NCBI GenBank assembly: GCA_023418095.1
Contig: JAEZDL010000075.1
Location: forward strand, 1,800 to 65,799
Origin: Bacteroidota bacterium
GTDB lineage: Bacteria > Bacteroidota > Bacteroidia > Flavobacteriales_F > PHOS-HE28
Direction of reading: 5' to 3'
Length of the DNA: 64,000 bases
Shown: positions 30,701 to 38,136 of the stretch, piece after piece
Position numbering within the stretch: the first letter of the stretch is position 1
Layout: every line of letters starts with the position of its first letter
Translations under genes and position numbers: made by a program
Notes under the pieces: generated by a model
Told to the model about the DNA's origin: nothing
Databases searched by the model: none
What the model saw: the letters and a program-made list of their open reading frames with translations, nothing else

Positions 30701-31779
30701 CTCCCCTCGGCGATGCCGTCCGCGATCGGATCGATCGCCACATCCGCATGGGTCGATCCACCAGGGATCGTCACATATTTCGCAACGGCATTGTCGGGAT
30801 CACCGATCGCCGCGATGTCGCCGCCATTGATGGCCGTTCCATGGATGTAGTAAGGGATCGTGATCGGATCGGGATCGGCATTGGGCCGGGTGAAGCGCAC
30901 ACTTCCGGGGTTGCAACCTTCCACCAGTTGCGGTATCCCCAGCTGGGTGATAGGCTGCATGCCGATCGCATTGCTTTCGATCTTCTGGATGAATGCGCCC
31001 GTGTCGAATTTCCGATCGGAAGCATCGGCCACCACGAGTTTCAAGTGATACGTCTGGCACGGTTGAACTGCGGAGATCGCTGTGAGCCCTTTGGTGAGAC
31101 CATCGTACTGGATGTGCGATCCACCATTGTTGTTCTGGAAGAATTGCTGGTTGCTCCCGTTGTTCACGTTGTTGATCATCACCGCGTTCGAGGTGCCGGG
31201 TATCAACGCGATGTTCTTCTCGTTGCCGATGCCCGGATCACCCGTGATGCCCGGGCCGCTGATGAAGAAACCGAACACATCATTGTATTGCGATCCCACC
31301 CATTCGTGGTATTCCTCGCTGCCTACTACGAAATCGAACTGTATCGTATCGCCGCTGGGAATGATATCGAATTCGAGCCGGCACGCATCGTAGGTGGTGC
31401 GGCTGGTCACGATGTTCAGCAACGGATCACCCGGCGTGTTCTGCTCGAACGATCGATTGGTCACGTTGTTCGGCCCGATCGCGTAATTGATCCTGCCGGT
31501 GGTGAGAAGCACACCCTCAGTAGCGCCCAACGCGTTGCCCGAATAGGTGAATTCACCGTATCCGTTGGCATGGCATTGTACCACAGGGTTCAGGATCTGC
31601 ACACCTGGCCCGGCGAGTTCCTGGGCCATGGCCTGCAGATCGGTCTGTTGCGTTACGGTGAGCTGTGCGTATGTGCGTTCACAGAACGTGAAGGTGGCCA
31701 GAAGGCCGATCGTGGTGCACAGGTTTTGGAGTGAAGGTCGTACCATGTTCCGGCTCATCGGTTCCGCGCTTCGGCGCAT
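24772..31779 (-). CDS. giant cell-surface adhesin: choice-of-anchor-L-like N-domain, ~22 SprB-type repeats, gliding-motility-associated (T9SS type-B) C-terminal domain
   Basis: 2335-aa ORF; the true start may be Met at 31758 or 31746 ([28 protein letters not shown]). The N-domain reads ...[49 protein letters not shown]. Repeats carry the C..G..G.I.L..SGG..PY...W.GPNG...TY.V.VTD.NGC pattern. The C-terminus reads [37 protein letters not shown]. Confidence 0.9.
   Translation of the reverse strand: [2335 protein letters not shown]
25062..30612 (-). repeat. coding tandem array of diverged ~225-255-nt (75-85 aa) SprB-type repeats inside the adhesin gene
   Basis: About 22-23 units, counted from the recurring SGGxxPY...W..(GPNG) motif in the translated ORF. 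Boundaries are approximate. Confidence 0.7.
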
Positions 31780-32114
31780 TGCTGTTCCACATTGCTTCGC
31801 GATGCATCGATCGTTCTTATCCGTTGCCGTGCGATCCGGTGTTCCATCAGCGGCGCGATCCGCTCATGCAATTGTTCCGCTGATCGTGCGCGACCTTCGA
31901 AAACAAGGATGCCTGCAGGCACACAGGCGAAGGCGAGCCGCAGGTCATCACCCGAACCGATCGCCTGCACCAGTCCATCGCGCATTTCGGTGGATAGCCC
32001 TTCGATCGAATAAGTGATGGTGGTCTGTTCGCCCTGGGCGATCGCCGATCCCGCAAAAGGCAGCGCTGCCGCAATGATCACGAGCAGCCTGAAAAGGAAC
32101 GTTCTCATTTCCAT
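31755..32114 (-). CDS. small secreted hypothetical protein upstream of the adhesin gene
   Basis: 119-aa ORF with a signal peptide (MEMRTFLFRLLVIIAAALPFAGSAIAQ). Its stop is within or just before the adhesin start region. No family recognised. Confidence 0.55.
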   Translation of the reverse strand: MEMRTFLFRLLVIIAAALPFAGSAIAQGEQTTITYSIEGLSTEMRDGLVQAIGSGDDLRLAFACVPAGILVFEGRARSAEQLHERIAPLMEHRIARQRIRTIDASRSNVEQQCAEARNR

Positions 32115-32231
32115 GCGTTGTTCGGCATCGCCGGCATTCGCGCCGGTGCAGCCGTATGAGCAGGGCTTTATACTCGATCCGCCACGAAAGGTTATCCTTA
32201 GGGCGACCGCGTTTTTCCCGGAGCGATCGCG

Positions 32232-32978
32232 CTATTCCGCCGTACGCAGCCGTTGGCGCAACACTTCGTGAAGCATGATACCGGCAGCGACCGAGACGTT
32301 CAGCGATCCGATCCGGCCGGCCATCGGGATCTTCACCAGCTCATCGGCCATCCGCAGCACAGGTTCGGAGATCCCTTCATCTTCCGATCCCATCACGATC
32401 ACCAGCGGACCTTCCAGATCCACCTGATCAAGCGTCATCGTTCCTTTTTCGGTGCAGGCGATGATCCGTGCGCCGTGTTCACGCGCGCGTTTCAATCCAT
32501 CGGTCAACCGGTTCACACGGCAAACAGGTTTTCGTACCAAAGCGCCCGCCGAACTTTTCACCGCATCGGGTCCCAAACGCGCAGTCCCGAATTTTGGCAC
32601 CAGCAGAGCATCCGCACCGAAACACTCCGCACTGCGGGCGATCGCGCCCATGTTGCGCACATCGGTAACGCTGTCCAATGCCACGATCAGCGGGGTTCCG
32701 CCGCGCTCGTAGACGGCCGTGATCACTTCATCAAGGTCCTGCTGTTCCACTTCGCTCAACAGCGCGATCACGCCCTGGTGTTCAGTGCGCGTAAGGCGAT
32801 CGAGCTTTTCCAGCGGCACCGGCTGCCACGGGATATCGCGATCGAGCGCAAGCTGCCGTATCTCCTTCAGCCCATCGCTGCCGGCATCGCGCCGCACGAG
32901 CAAACGCTCAATGTTGCGCCCCGCGCGAAGCGCTTCTATCACCGGCCAGATGCCCGCCACCATGTCCTTGCCTGCCAT
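32232..32978 (-). CDS. SpoU/TrmH-family RNA 2'-O-methyltransferase (RlmB-like)
   Basis: ORF 32232..33230 trimmed to Met at 32978 (MAGKDMVAGIWPVIEALRAGRNIERLLV...). SpoU motifs are present (LVIVMGSEDEGIS, IPMAGRIGSLNVSVAAGI). Trimming removes the overlap with the GWxTD gene. Confidence 0.85.
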   Translation of the reverse strand: MAGKDMVAGIWPVIEALRAGRNIERLLVRRDAGSDGLKEIRQLALDRDIPWQPVPLEKLDRLTRTEHQGVIALLSEVEQQDLDEVITAVYERGGTPLIVALDSVTDVRNMGAIARSAECFGADALLVPKFGTARLGPDAVKSSAGALVRKPVCRVNRLTDGLKRAREHGARIIACTEKGTMTLDQVDLEGPLVIVMGSEDEGISEPVLRMADELVKIPMAGRIGSLNVSVAAGIMLHEVLRQRLRTAE

Positions 32979-33178
32979 TTTTCCGATCGTATGAAGCTTC
33001 AAAGATGGATCGTTTTTGGCCGCATCCGCCCCGAACGCGGACCGGGCTGTACGCTGTAGTGTCCTTGTCTCGCCGGGTGTTGCGGCGGCTGCGGGGCCCG
33101 GCTTGGGCCGGTCTCCTCGCTCGCGCAACACCAGCGGCTCGGCTGCGGCCAGCTGCCGCTCCCATCCCTTGCGGAAGA

Positions 33179-34510
33179 TCAGTTCTGGTACACCCGGCCG
33201 TTGCGCCAGCTTTCCACGTTGCGGTACCATGCGCCCTTCAGCATCGGGTCGCGGTTCAGCACCATGTCATTGTCAGTGAAAGGCCCGTCCCGTTTCACAA
33301 AATTGAAGGTGAGGCTCATCAGGTTGTTCTCTTCACCGTAGATCCACGTCTCGTTCAGATCGGTTTTATAGATCGAGCTCGGTGTGCCGAATATGATGTG
33401 CACAAGTCCCCGATCGGTTCGCCAGCCCTCCACATGTGAAGTGAAATGCCGGTTCGCGTTCTCAACGCGCGAGTAATAGATCCTGATCGCTTCACGTGCG
33501 CGATCGCGATCGCCCGCCGCATCGATCCAGAATTTCTCGATCGCCTGCCGCACATTAGAGGCCTTCGAGATCTTGTCGAATTCCTGGATCGACGTGATGT
33601 AGCGCAGCGGCTTCAACATGTCGGTGCTTTCGCCGATGTACGGGTACGCTTCGGAGAGAACGAAAAGCGAGTAACCGACTTTGGCGGCGGTATCGGTGCG
33701 CAAATGATAGACCCCCGGCGAAGTAAGCTCCAGCATCGCTGTGCCATCTTCGGCCACTTCGATCGAGAAAAGGCTGTCGGCTTCGATCGACGGTTTTGAG
33801 GAAGTCGACGCGGTGAACACTGGTGATGGCAACGATGCATCCACCGGATGATGTGATCCGATCAACGTGCGGCCCGCGAGGATCTCGCACTTGATCTTCA
33901 CTTGCTGGCCGCTCCGCATGTGATCGTCGAACAGGGGTAATCCCGTCCCCGGATCCATCGGAAGAAAATACTGGCGCGTTCCCTGTGGATCACGCTCAAC
34001 GCGCAAAAAGACAGATGTCTGCGTTTCTCGATTGACATCTCGCGCGGTCACTTTCACCACGAACGATCGGCCATCGTTACGGCGCATTTCCATGCTCCCG
34101 ATCAATTCCTTGTCCTCGTTGGTATCGGTGCTTTTGTCCTGCAACAAAGTGCTCGCGCTGTCCAGCAAGGTTTTCGAGCCCCAATCGGAATAGCTTTCAT
34201 ACGTGATCTTCACCACCGATCGGAAAGGACCGCCGGTTCCATCGCTCTTGTAGAGCAGATCGCGCGTGCGCAGCTTGTAGTAGATCGCCGAATGATCGGC
34301 GGAGGTGTTGTGCACACGTGCCTGCAGATCGATCGATCCGCCGCCTTTGCCATAGATGTACGCGAAATTGTCGCGTTTGCTGGTGGTGGCGGTGCCCGCA
34401 CAACCTGCAGCGACAAGAAGGATCACCAACAAGGACCAGCTGTTCCGGAACATGATCCAATAACGTGAAAGCGTTGGAATTCGCATCGGTGTGATGCTTT
34501 TCAGCTTCAC
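33179..34510 (-). CDS. GWxTD domain-containing (lipo)protein
   Basis: 443-aa ORF with an N-terminal lipoprotein-like LLVILLVAAGCAG and a diagnostic VEGWRTDRGLVHIIFGTPSSIY motif near the C-terminus. Confidence 0.85.
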   Translation of the reverse strand: MKLKSITPMRIPTLSRYWIMFRNSWSLLVILLVAAGCAGTATTSKRDNFAYIYGKGGGSIDLQARVHNTSADHSAIYYKLRTRDLLYKSDGTGGPFRSVVKITYESYSDWGSKTLLDSASTLLQDKSTDTNEDKELIGSMEMRRNDGRSFVVKVTARDVNRETQTSVFLRVERDPQGTRQYFLPMDPGTGLPLFDDHMRSGQQVKIKCEILAGRTLIGSHHPVDASLPSPVFTASTSSKPSIEADSLFSIEVAEDGTAMLELTSPGVYHLRTDTAAKVGYSLFVLSEAYPYIGESTDMLKPLRYITSIQEFDKISKASNVRQAIEKFWIDAAGDRDRAREAIRIYYSRVENANRHFTSHVEGWRTDRGLVHIIFGTPSSIYKTDLNETWIYGEENNLMSLTFNFVKRDGPFTDNDMVLNRDPMLKGAWYRNVESWRNGRVYQN

Positions 34511-34535
34511 GAAGATACGGTGGCCGATCGGCCGA

Positions 34536-35156
34536 TCAATTGTCCAGGATCACCACCGGCGTGCCGATATGCACCAGATCGAAAAGTTCGATCACATCGG
34601 CGTTGCGCATGCGGATGCAACCGCGTGAAGAAGGCCGGCCTATCGAAGCTTCGTTCGCCGTGCCGTGGATGTAGATGAAGCGCTTGTGACTATCGTGATC
34701 GCCGCCGCGGTTGTGGCCTGGTTCGGCGCCATCGAGACGAAGGATGCGCGATGTGATCACGTCAAGGTCCTCACCGTTCAGGTCTGCGATCTGGCCAGTG
34801 AATCTCCGATCCTTGAAGATGCCGTTCACAGGTACGCCGGCGCCGTATTTCTCGCTGATCCGGTGCATTCCCGTGGGCGTTCTGTAACTGTCCTTTTCAC
34901 TTCCAAGGCCGTTCTTCGCCGTGGCTATCGGATATTCTTTCACAAGGATCCCGTGCTGCACATGGAACATGCTTTGGCGATGCACCGAAACGTAAAGCAG
35001 ATCGCCGCTGATGTACGTGGAAGGATAGCGGATCTCCAGGTATTCCATGAGCAATTCCACGATGCCTTGCTTTGGAATGTGGCGCGTGAGCGTGGTATCG
35101 CTGCCCGCGAACGCGAGTGACGTGGAGAGAGAAAGAATGATCGCGAAAAGGCGCAT
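34536..35156 (-). CDS. L,D-transpeptidase (YkuD domain) protein
   Basis: 206-aa ORF with a signal peptide and the catalytic motif IYIHGT...SSRGCIRMRNADV. Confidence 0.85.
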   Translation of the reverse strand: MRLFAIILSLSTSLAFAGSDTTLTRHIPKQGIVELLMEYLEIRYPSTYISGDLLYVSVHRQSMFHVQHGILVKEYPIATAKNGLGSEKDSYRTPTGMHRISEKYGAGVPVNGIFKDRRFTGQIADLNGEDLDVITSRILRLDGAEPGHNRGGDHDSHKRFIYIHGTANEASIGRPSSRGCIRMRNADVIELFDLVHIGTPVVILDN

Positions 35157-35257
35157 CCGGGCTCAAATGTGACCGGGGTTTGTACGCGCCGATCGGAGCG
35201 ATCGTTTCGTTTGCTGACAAATTGCGGTGGATCGGAGGGCCCGCGTGAGGGATAGAA

Positions 35258-35392
35258 GTGGAAAGCCCGGACCTCACCCCCATGCCCCTCTCCGGAGGAG
35301 AGGGGTGCGAAGCGGAAAAGAAGTATCTGGGAGGACTTGGAACGGATAGCCCGACCCTGCTTGCTTTTGAAGCAGGGGCACGCCCAAAAAAT
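35258..35392 (-). repeat. intergenic repeat element, copy B (module 1 + module 2), directly after the Omp85-family gene stop
   Basis: Minus-strand module 1 reads TTTTGGGCGTGCCCCT-hairpin(35355-35377)-AGGGTCGGGCT. It is followed by CCGCTTCGC, the hairpin CCCCTCTCC-gga-GGAGAGGGG (35285-35305), CATGGGGGTGAGG and CCGGGCTTTCCAC. The blocks are shared with 17575-17721 and 60690-60742. Confidence 0.65.
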
Positions 35393-37114
35393 TCAGAACA
35401 AACTGATGAACCCGAAGTGGATCTTGCCCGATCGCAGCTCGATGGGGTTGCTGAATTGGCGGCCGAGTGCGTAAGTGAGGCTGAAAAGGCCCGCTTTTGT
35501 TTCGAAGGTGACGCCTGCGCCGAAACCGATCGGTGTGTCGGAGGAAAGTTCGTCTTGCGTGACATCCTCCCAATAGGCTTGATCGGCGAAGATGAAGAAG
35601 TTGGAATTCTCCTCGAAAACGAAACGGTATTCCAGCGTCCCGATCGCGTAGGCGGAAGCGAAGATCGATGCTTCATCGGCGCCGCGCAGCGTGCGTAGAC
35701 CGCCGATCCGGTAGAGTTCATTGTTGTACAGATCCTCGTTCACCATCCAACCGCCCTGGCCGGCGATGCGGATCGTACTTCGACGCCCGAACGGTATGTG
35801 CGCGATCGCCTGGCTGTTGATCTCGTATTGCACGGAGCGCACATCGGGCGCGGGTTCCAGTTGATCGAAGACCGCCGTTGTTGTGCGCTTTCGCCCGGCC
35901 GATCCTTCGATCTGGAGCGAATGGCCGCTGCGCGGATTGAAACGGTAATCGAAGCGCTCGCGCGCGAGCCCGAGACCGTAGCTGATCAGTTTCACATCGG
36001 CGAGGCCGGGTTGCGCGAACGTGTTCGAGCCAAGCCGATCGCTGCTTTTGCTGTTGATGAAGAGGCTGAGCTTGTCGCCCTGCGCGAGGATATATTCCAG
36101 CGCGCCGCGCGAATTCACTTCCAGGAAGGTGGTGTCGCGCTTGAACAATTTCAAGCTTAGATCGGTGCCGAACGGTGTGTTGAACGCGAACGGAAGATTG
36201 AACCGCAGGCGCAGATCCTGTGTCTGGTCCTGGAGTTTCCGCCAGTTGATCTCGATCGCTTCCCCGCGCTTGAGCGCATTGCGCAACCGAAGGTCCAGAT
36301 CGCCGGTGAAGGTGATCTTGTTCGTGATGGGATCGGGTTGAAGTCCGAGAATTCCATTGATGGAACTGGCTTTCTTCTGATCGAGGAAAAGGAACAGTTT
36401 CGTTCGCTCCGGCGTGAATTGTACGTAAGGCCTTTGCCGTTGCGTAACGAACGGAAGTTCGCGGATCCTTCTCTCCACGCGCTGGATCAGTTCCTCGTTG
36501 TAGATATCGCCGGGGCGGATGCCGATGTAGGAATGCAGGTAGCGCATGTTCGTGCGCGCGGTGCCGCGGACCAATACCGAATCGAAACGGATCAACTGTC
36601 CTCGATCGAGGTTGAGGTTCGCCGAAAGTCCATCTTGCTGGTGAACAATGCTGTCGAGCCAGACGCGCGCGAACGGATAACCGCTGTTCTCGCTTTCGAT
36701 CAGGAGGCCTTCGATCAGCCGTGATGTCTGTCGGGGCGAGATCGGCCGATCGGTGTAGAGCTTTTCGCGGAAACGCGCAGCACTGGCGATCTCGATCGGG
36801 ATATTTTTTCCTGAAAGCTGCGCCCATTTGTATTGCTCGCCCACGTGCAACTGGCAGGTGGTCGAATTCCCTTCGGTGATGCAGGTATCGATCGAAGCTT
36901 CGAGGTAGCCGTGCTGGTAGAGAAAGGTGATCTGATCGGCGGCGGCGCCAGCGACAAGCTCAGGAGCTGCAACATCGATCGGACGGATCCATTTCGCGGG
37001 CAGATCGCCATCCTGCGTGAACTTCACCTGATGCCGTTGACCGAATGCATTTCCGACCAGGAAGATCGCAAGCAGCAACAGGAGCGATCGGCAGAGGATC
37101 ATGGGAGCGACCAA
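35393..37114 (-). CDS. Omp85/BamA-family outer-membrane beta-barrel protein with POTRA-like N-terminal region
   Basis: 573-aa ORF with a signal peptide ([22 protein letters not shown] from Met 37102), a surface-antigen-like barrel and a C-terminal ...[10 protein letters not shown]. Confidence 0.75.
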   Translation of the reverse strand: MVAPMILCRSLLLLLAIFLVGNAFGQRHQVKFTQDGDLPAKWIRPIDVAAPELVAGAAADQITFLYQHGYLEASIDTCITEGNSTTCQLHVGEQYKWAQLSGKNIPIEIASAARFREKLYTDRPISPRQTSRLIEGLLIESENSGYPFARVWLDSIVHQQDGLSANLNLDRGQLIRFDSVLVRGTARTNMRYLHSYIGIRPGDIYNEELIQRVERRIRELPFVTQRQRPYVQFTPERTKLFLFLDQKKASSINGILGLQPDPITNKITFTGDLDLRLRNALKRGEAIEINWRKLQDQTQDLRLRFNLPFAFNTPFGTDLSLKLFKRDTTFLEVNSRGALEYILAQGDKLSLFINSKSSDRLGSNTFAQPGLADVKLISYGLGLARERFDYRFNPRSGHSLQIEGSAGRKRTTTAVFDQLEPAPDVRSVQYEINSQAIAHIPFGRRSTIRIAGQGGWMVNEDLYNNELYRIGGLRTLRGADEASIFASAYAIGTLEYRFVFEENSNFFIFADQAYWEDVTQDELSSDTPIGFGAGVTFETKAGLFSLTYALGRQFSNPIELRSGKIHFGFISLF

Positions 37115-37794
37115 TCGATCGGAGGTTCGCCCTGCTCTTCCAAGATCCTGTTCACCATGGAAAAATGCCCGCAGCCGATGAAACCGCGGTGAGCGCTCAA
37201 AGGCGAAGGATGCGGCGCTTTCAGGATATGATGACGGTCTCTGTCAATCAGCTTTTCCTTTTTCTCCGCGAAAGCGCCCCAGAGAAGAAATATGATCCCC
37301 GGCCTTCCATGGCTTGAAAGCTCCTCGATCACCGCATCGGTGAATTTTTCCCAGCCGATCTTCTGGTGCGATCCCGCCTTTCCGGCGGCCACCGTAAGTG
37401 AGGTGTTCAATAGAAGAACGCCCTGTTCAGCCCATCGCGAAAGATCACCTGATAACGGCATTTCGATCCCGAGATCGCGCGTTTGTTCCCTGAAGATATT
37501 CCGCAGGGAAGGAGGGAAGCGCTGGCCGGCCGTGACAGAGAAGGAAAGTCCATGGGCCTGGGCCGGGCCGTGGTAGGGATCCTGTCCGAGGATCACCACG
37601 CGCACTCGATCGAAAGGCGTGAGTAGAAATGCGCGGAAAATATCATCCCAAGGTGGGTATACGTTTCCGCGCCGGTATTCGGTTCCGATCCGGCCGATAA
37701 GATCGATGAATTCCTGCTGATCCAGCACGTTAGCCAACTGTTCGGCCCACGCATTCCCAATATTCGGAATAGGATCTGCGTTGGCGTGTGACAT
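37099..37794 (-). CDS. ung: uracil-DNA glycosylase (family 1)
   Basis: ORF 37099..37905 trimmed to Met 37794. UNG motifs are present ([36 protein letters not shown]). Confidence 0.92.
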   Translation of the reverse strand: MSHANADPIPNIGNAWAEQLANVLDQQEFIDLIGRIGTEYRRGNVYPPWDDIFRAFLLTPFDRVRVVILGQDPYHGPAQAHGLSFSVTAGQRFPPSLRNIFREQTRDLGIEMPLSGDLSRWAEQGVLLLNTSLTVAAGKAGSHQKIGWEKFTDAVIEELSSHGRPGIIFLLWGAFAEKKEKLIDRDRHHILKAPHPSPLSAHRGFIGCGHFSMVNRILEEQGEPPIDWSLP

Positions 37795-37871
37795 GGAAGT
37801 TCCCAAGTAAAGCATTGAAGTTGGATCAACAGCATGTTGAAACATTTTCGTGCGTTGAACGTTCAGACGGC

Positions 37872-37879
37872 TAACTTTG
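37872..37879 (+). promoter_or_regulatory. Bacteroidota-type -7 promoter box TAACTTTG
   Basis: Exact TAnnTTTG match, 55 nt before ATG 37935. Confidence 0.35.
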
Positions 37880-37934
37880 GGCATCGACCTAACGTGTAAA
37901 AGCACCTGTTGAAGGGATCACAAACGAACAAACG

Positions 37935-38063
37935 ATGAAAAAGGCGCTTATCGTACTGGCCACAGTGGTGTTCTCGAGTATCATGTTCACATCATGCAGC
38001 TCGACACATTCCTGTCCTGCCTATGGCAAGGTGCACCAAGTACCCGTGGAGAAGCAGGTCTGA
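37935..38063 (+). CDS. small lipoprotein (42 aa)
   Basis: Not in the ORF track. ATG 37935 to TGA 38061-38063 gives MKKALIVLATVVFSSIMFTSCSSTHSCPAYGKVHQVPVEKQV, with a lipobox-like FTSC. It is followed by a hairpin. Confidence 0.5.
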   Translation: MKKALIVLATVVFSSIMFTSCSSTHSCPAYGKVHQVPVEKQV

Positions 38064-38092
38064 TCGCTTTCCACTTCCATCCAAGTCCATCC

Positions 38093-38115
38093 AAGCCCGG
38101 TGAATAGCCGGGCTT
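38093..38115. terminator. putative bidirectional stem-loop between convergent genes
   Basis: AAGCCCGG-tgaatag-CCGGGCTT (8-bp stem) between the small lipoprotein gene (+) and the OsmC gene (-). There is no clear U-tract. Confidence 0.45.
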
Positions 38116-38136
38116 CACTGTTCGTAGCCGTACCGC

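Noticed and set aside
25129-31734. Many 60-400-aa ORFs on both strands within the adhesin gene, for example 27125..27925, 29228..30433 and 30748..31734.
   Set aside because: They are alternative-frame read-through of a repetitive Gly/Thr/Ala-rich coding region. The 2335-aa frame alone shows domain logic (signal peptide, repeats, type-B CTD).
32979-33230. 84-aa N-terminal extension of the SpoU/TrmH methyltransferase ORF.
   Set aside because: It would overlap the 3' end of the GWxTD gene and is Pro/Ala/Arg-rich. The family-typical N-terminus (..IWPVIEAL..) follows Met 32978.
38076-38095. Perfect tandem duplication TCCATCCAAG x2.
   Set aside because: It is too short to interpret on its own. 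It is mentioned only as context for the neighbouring hairpin.
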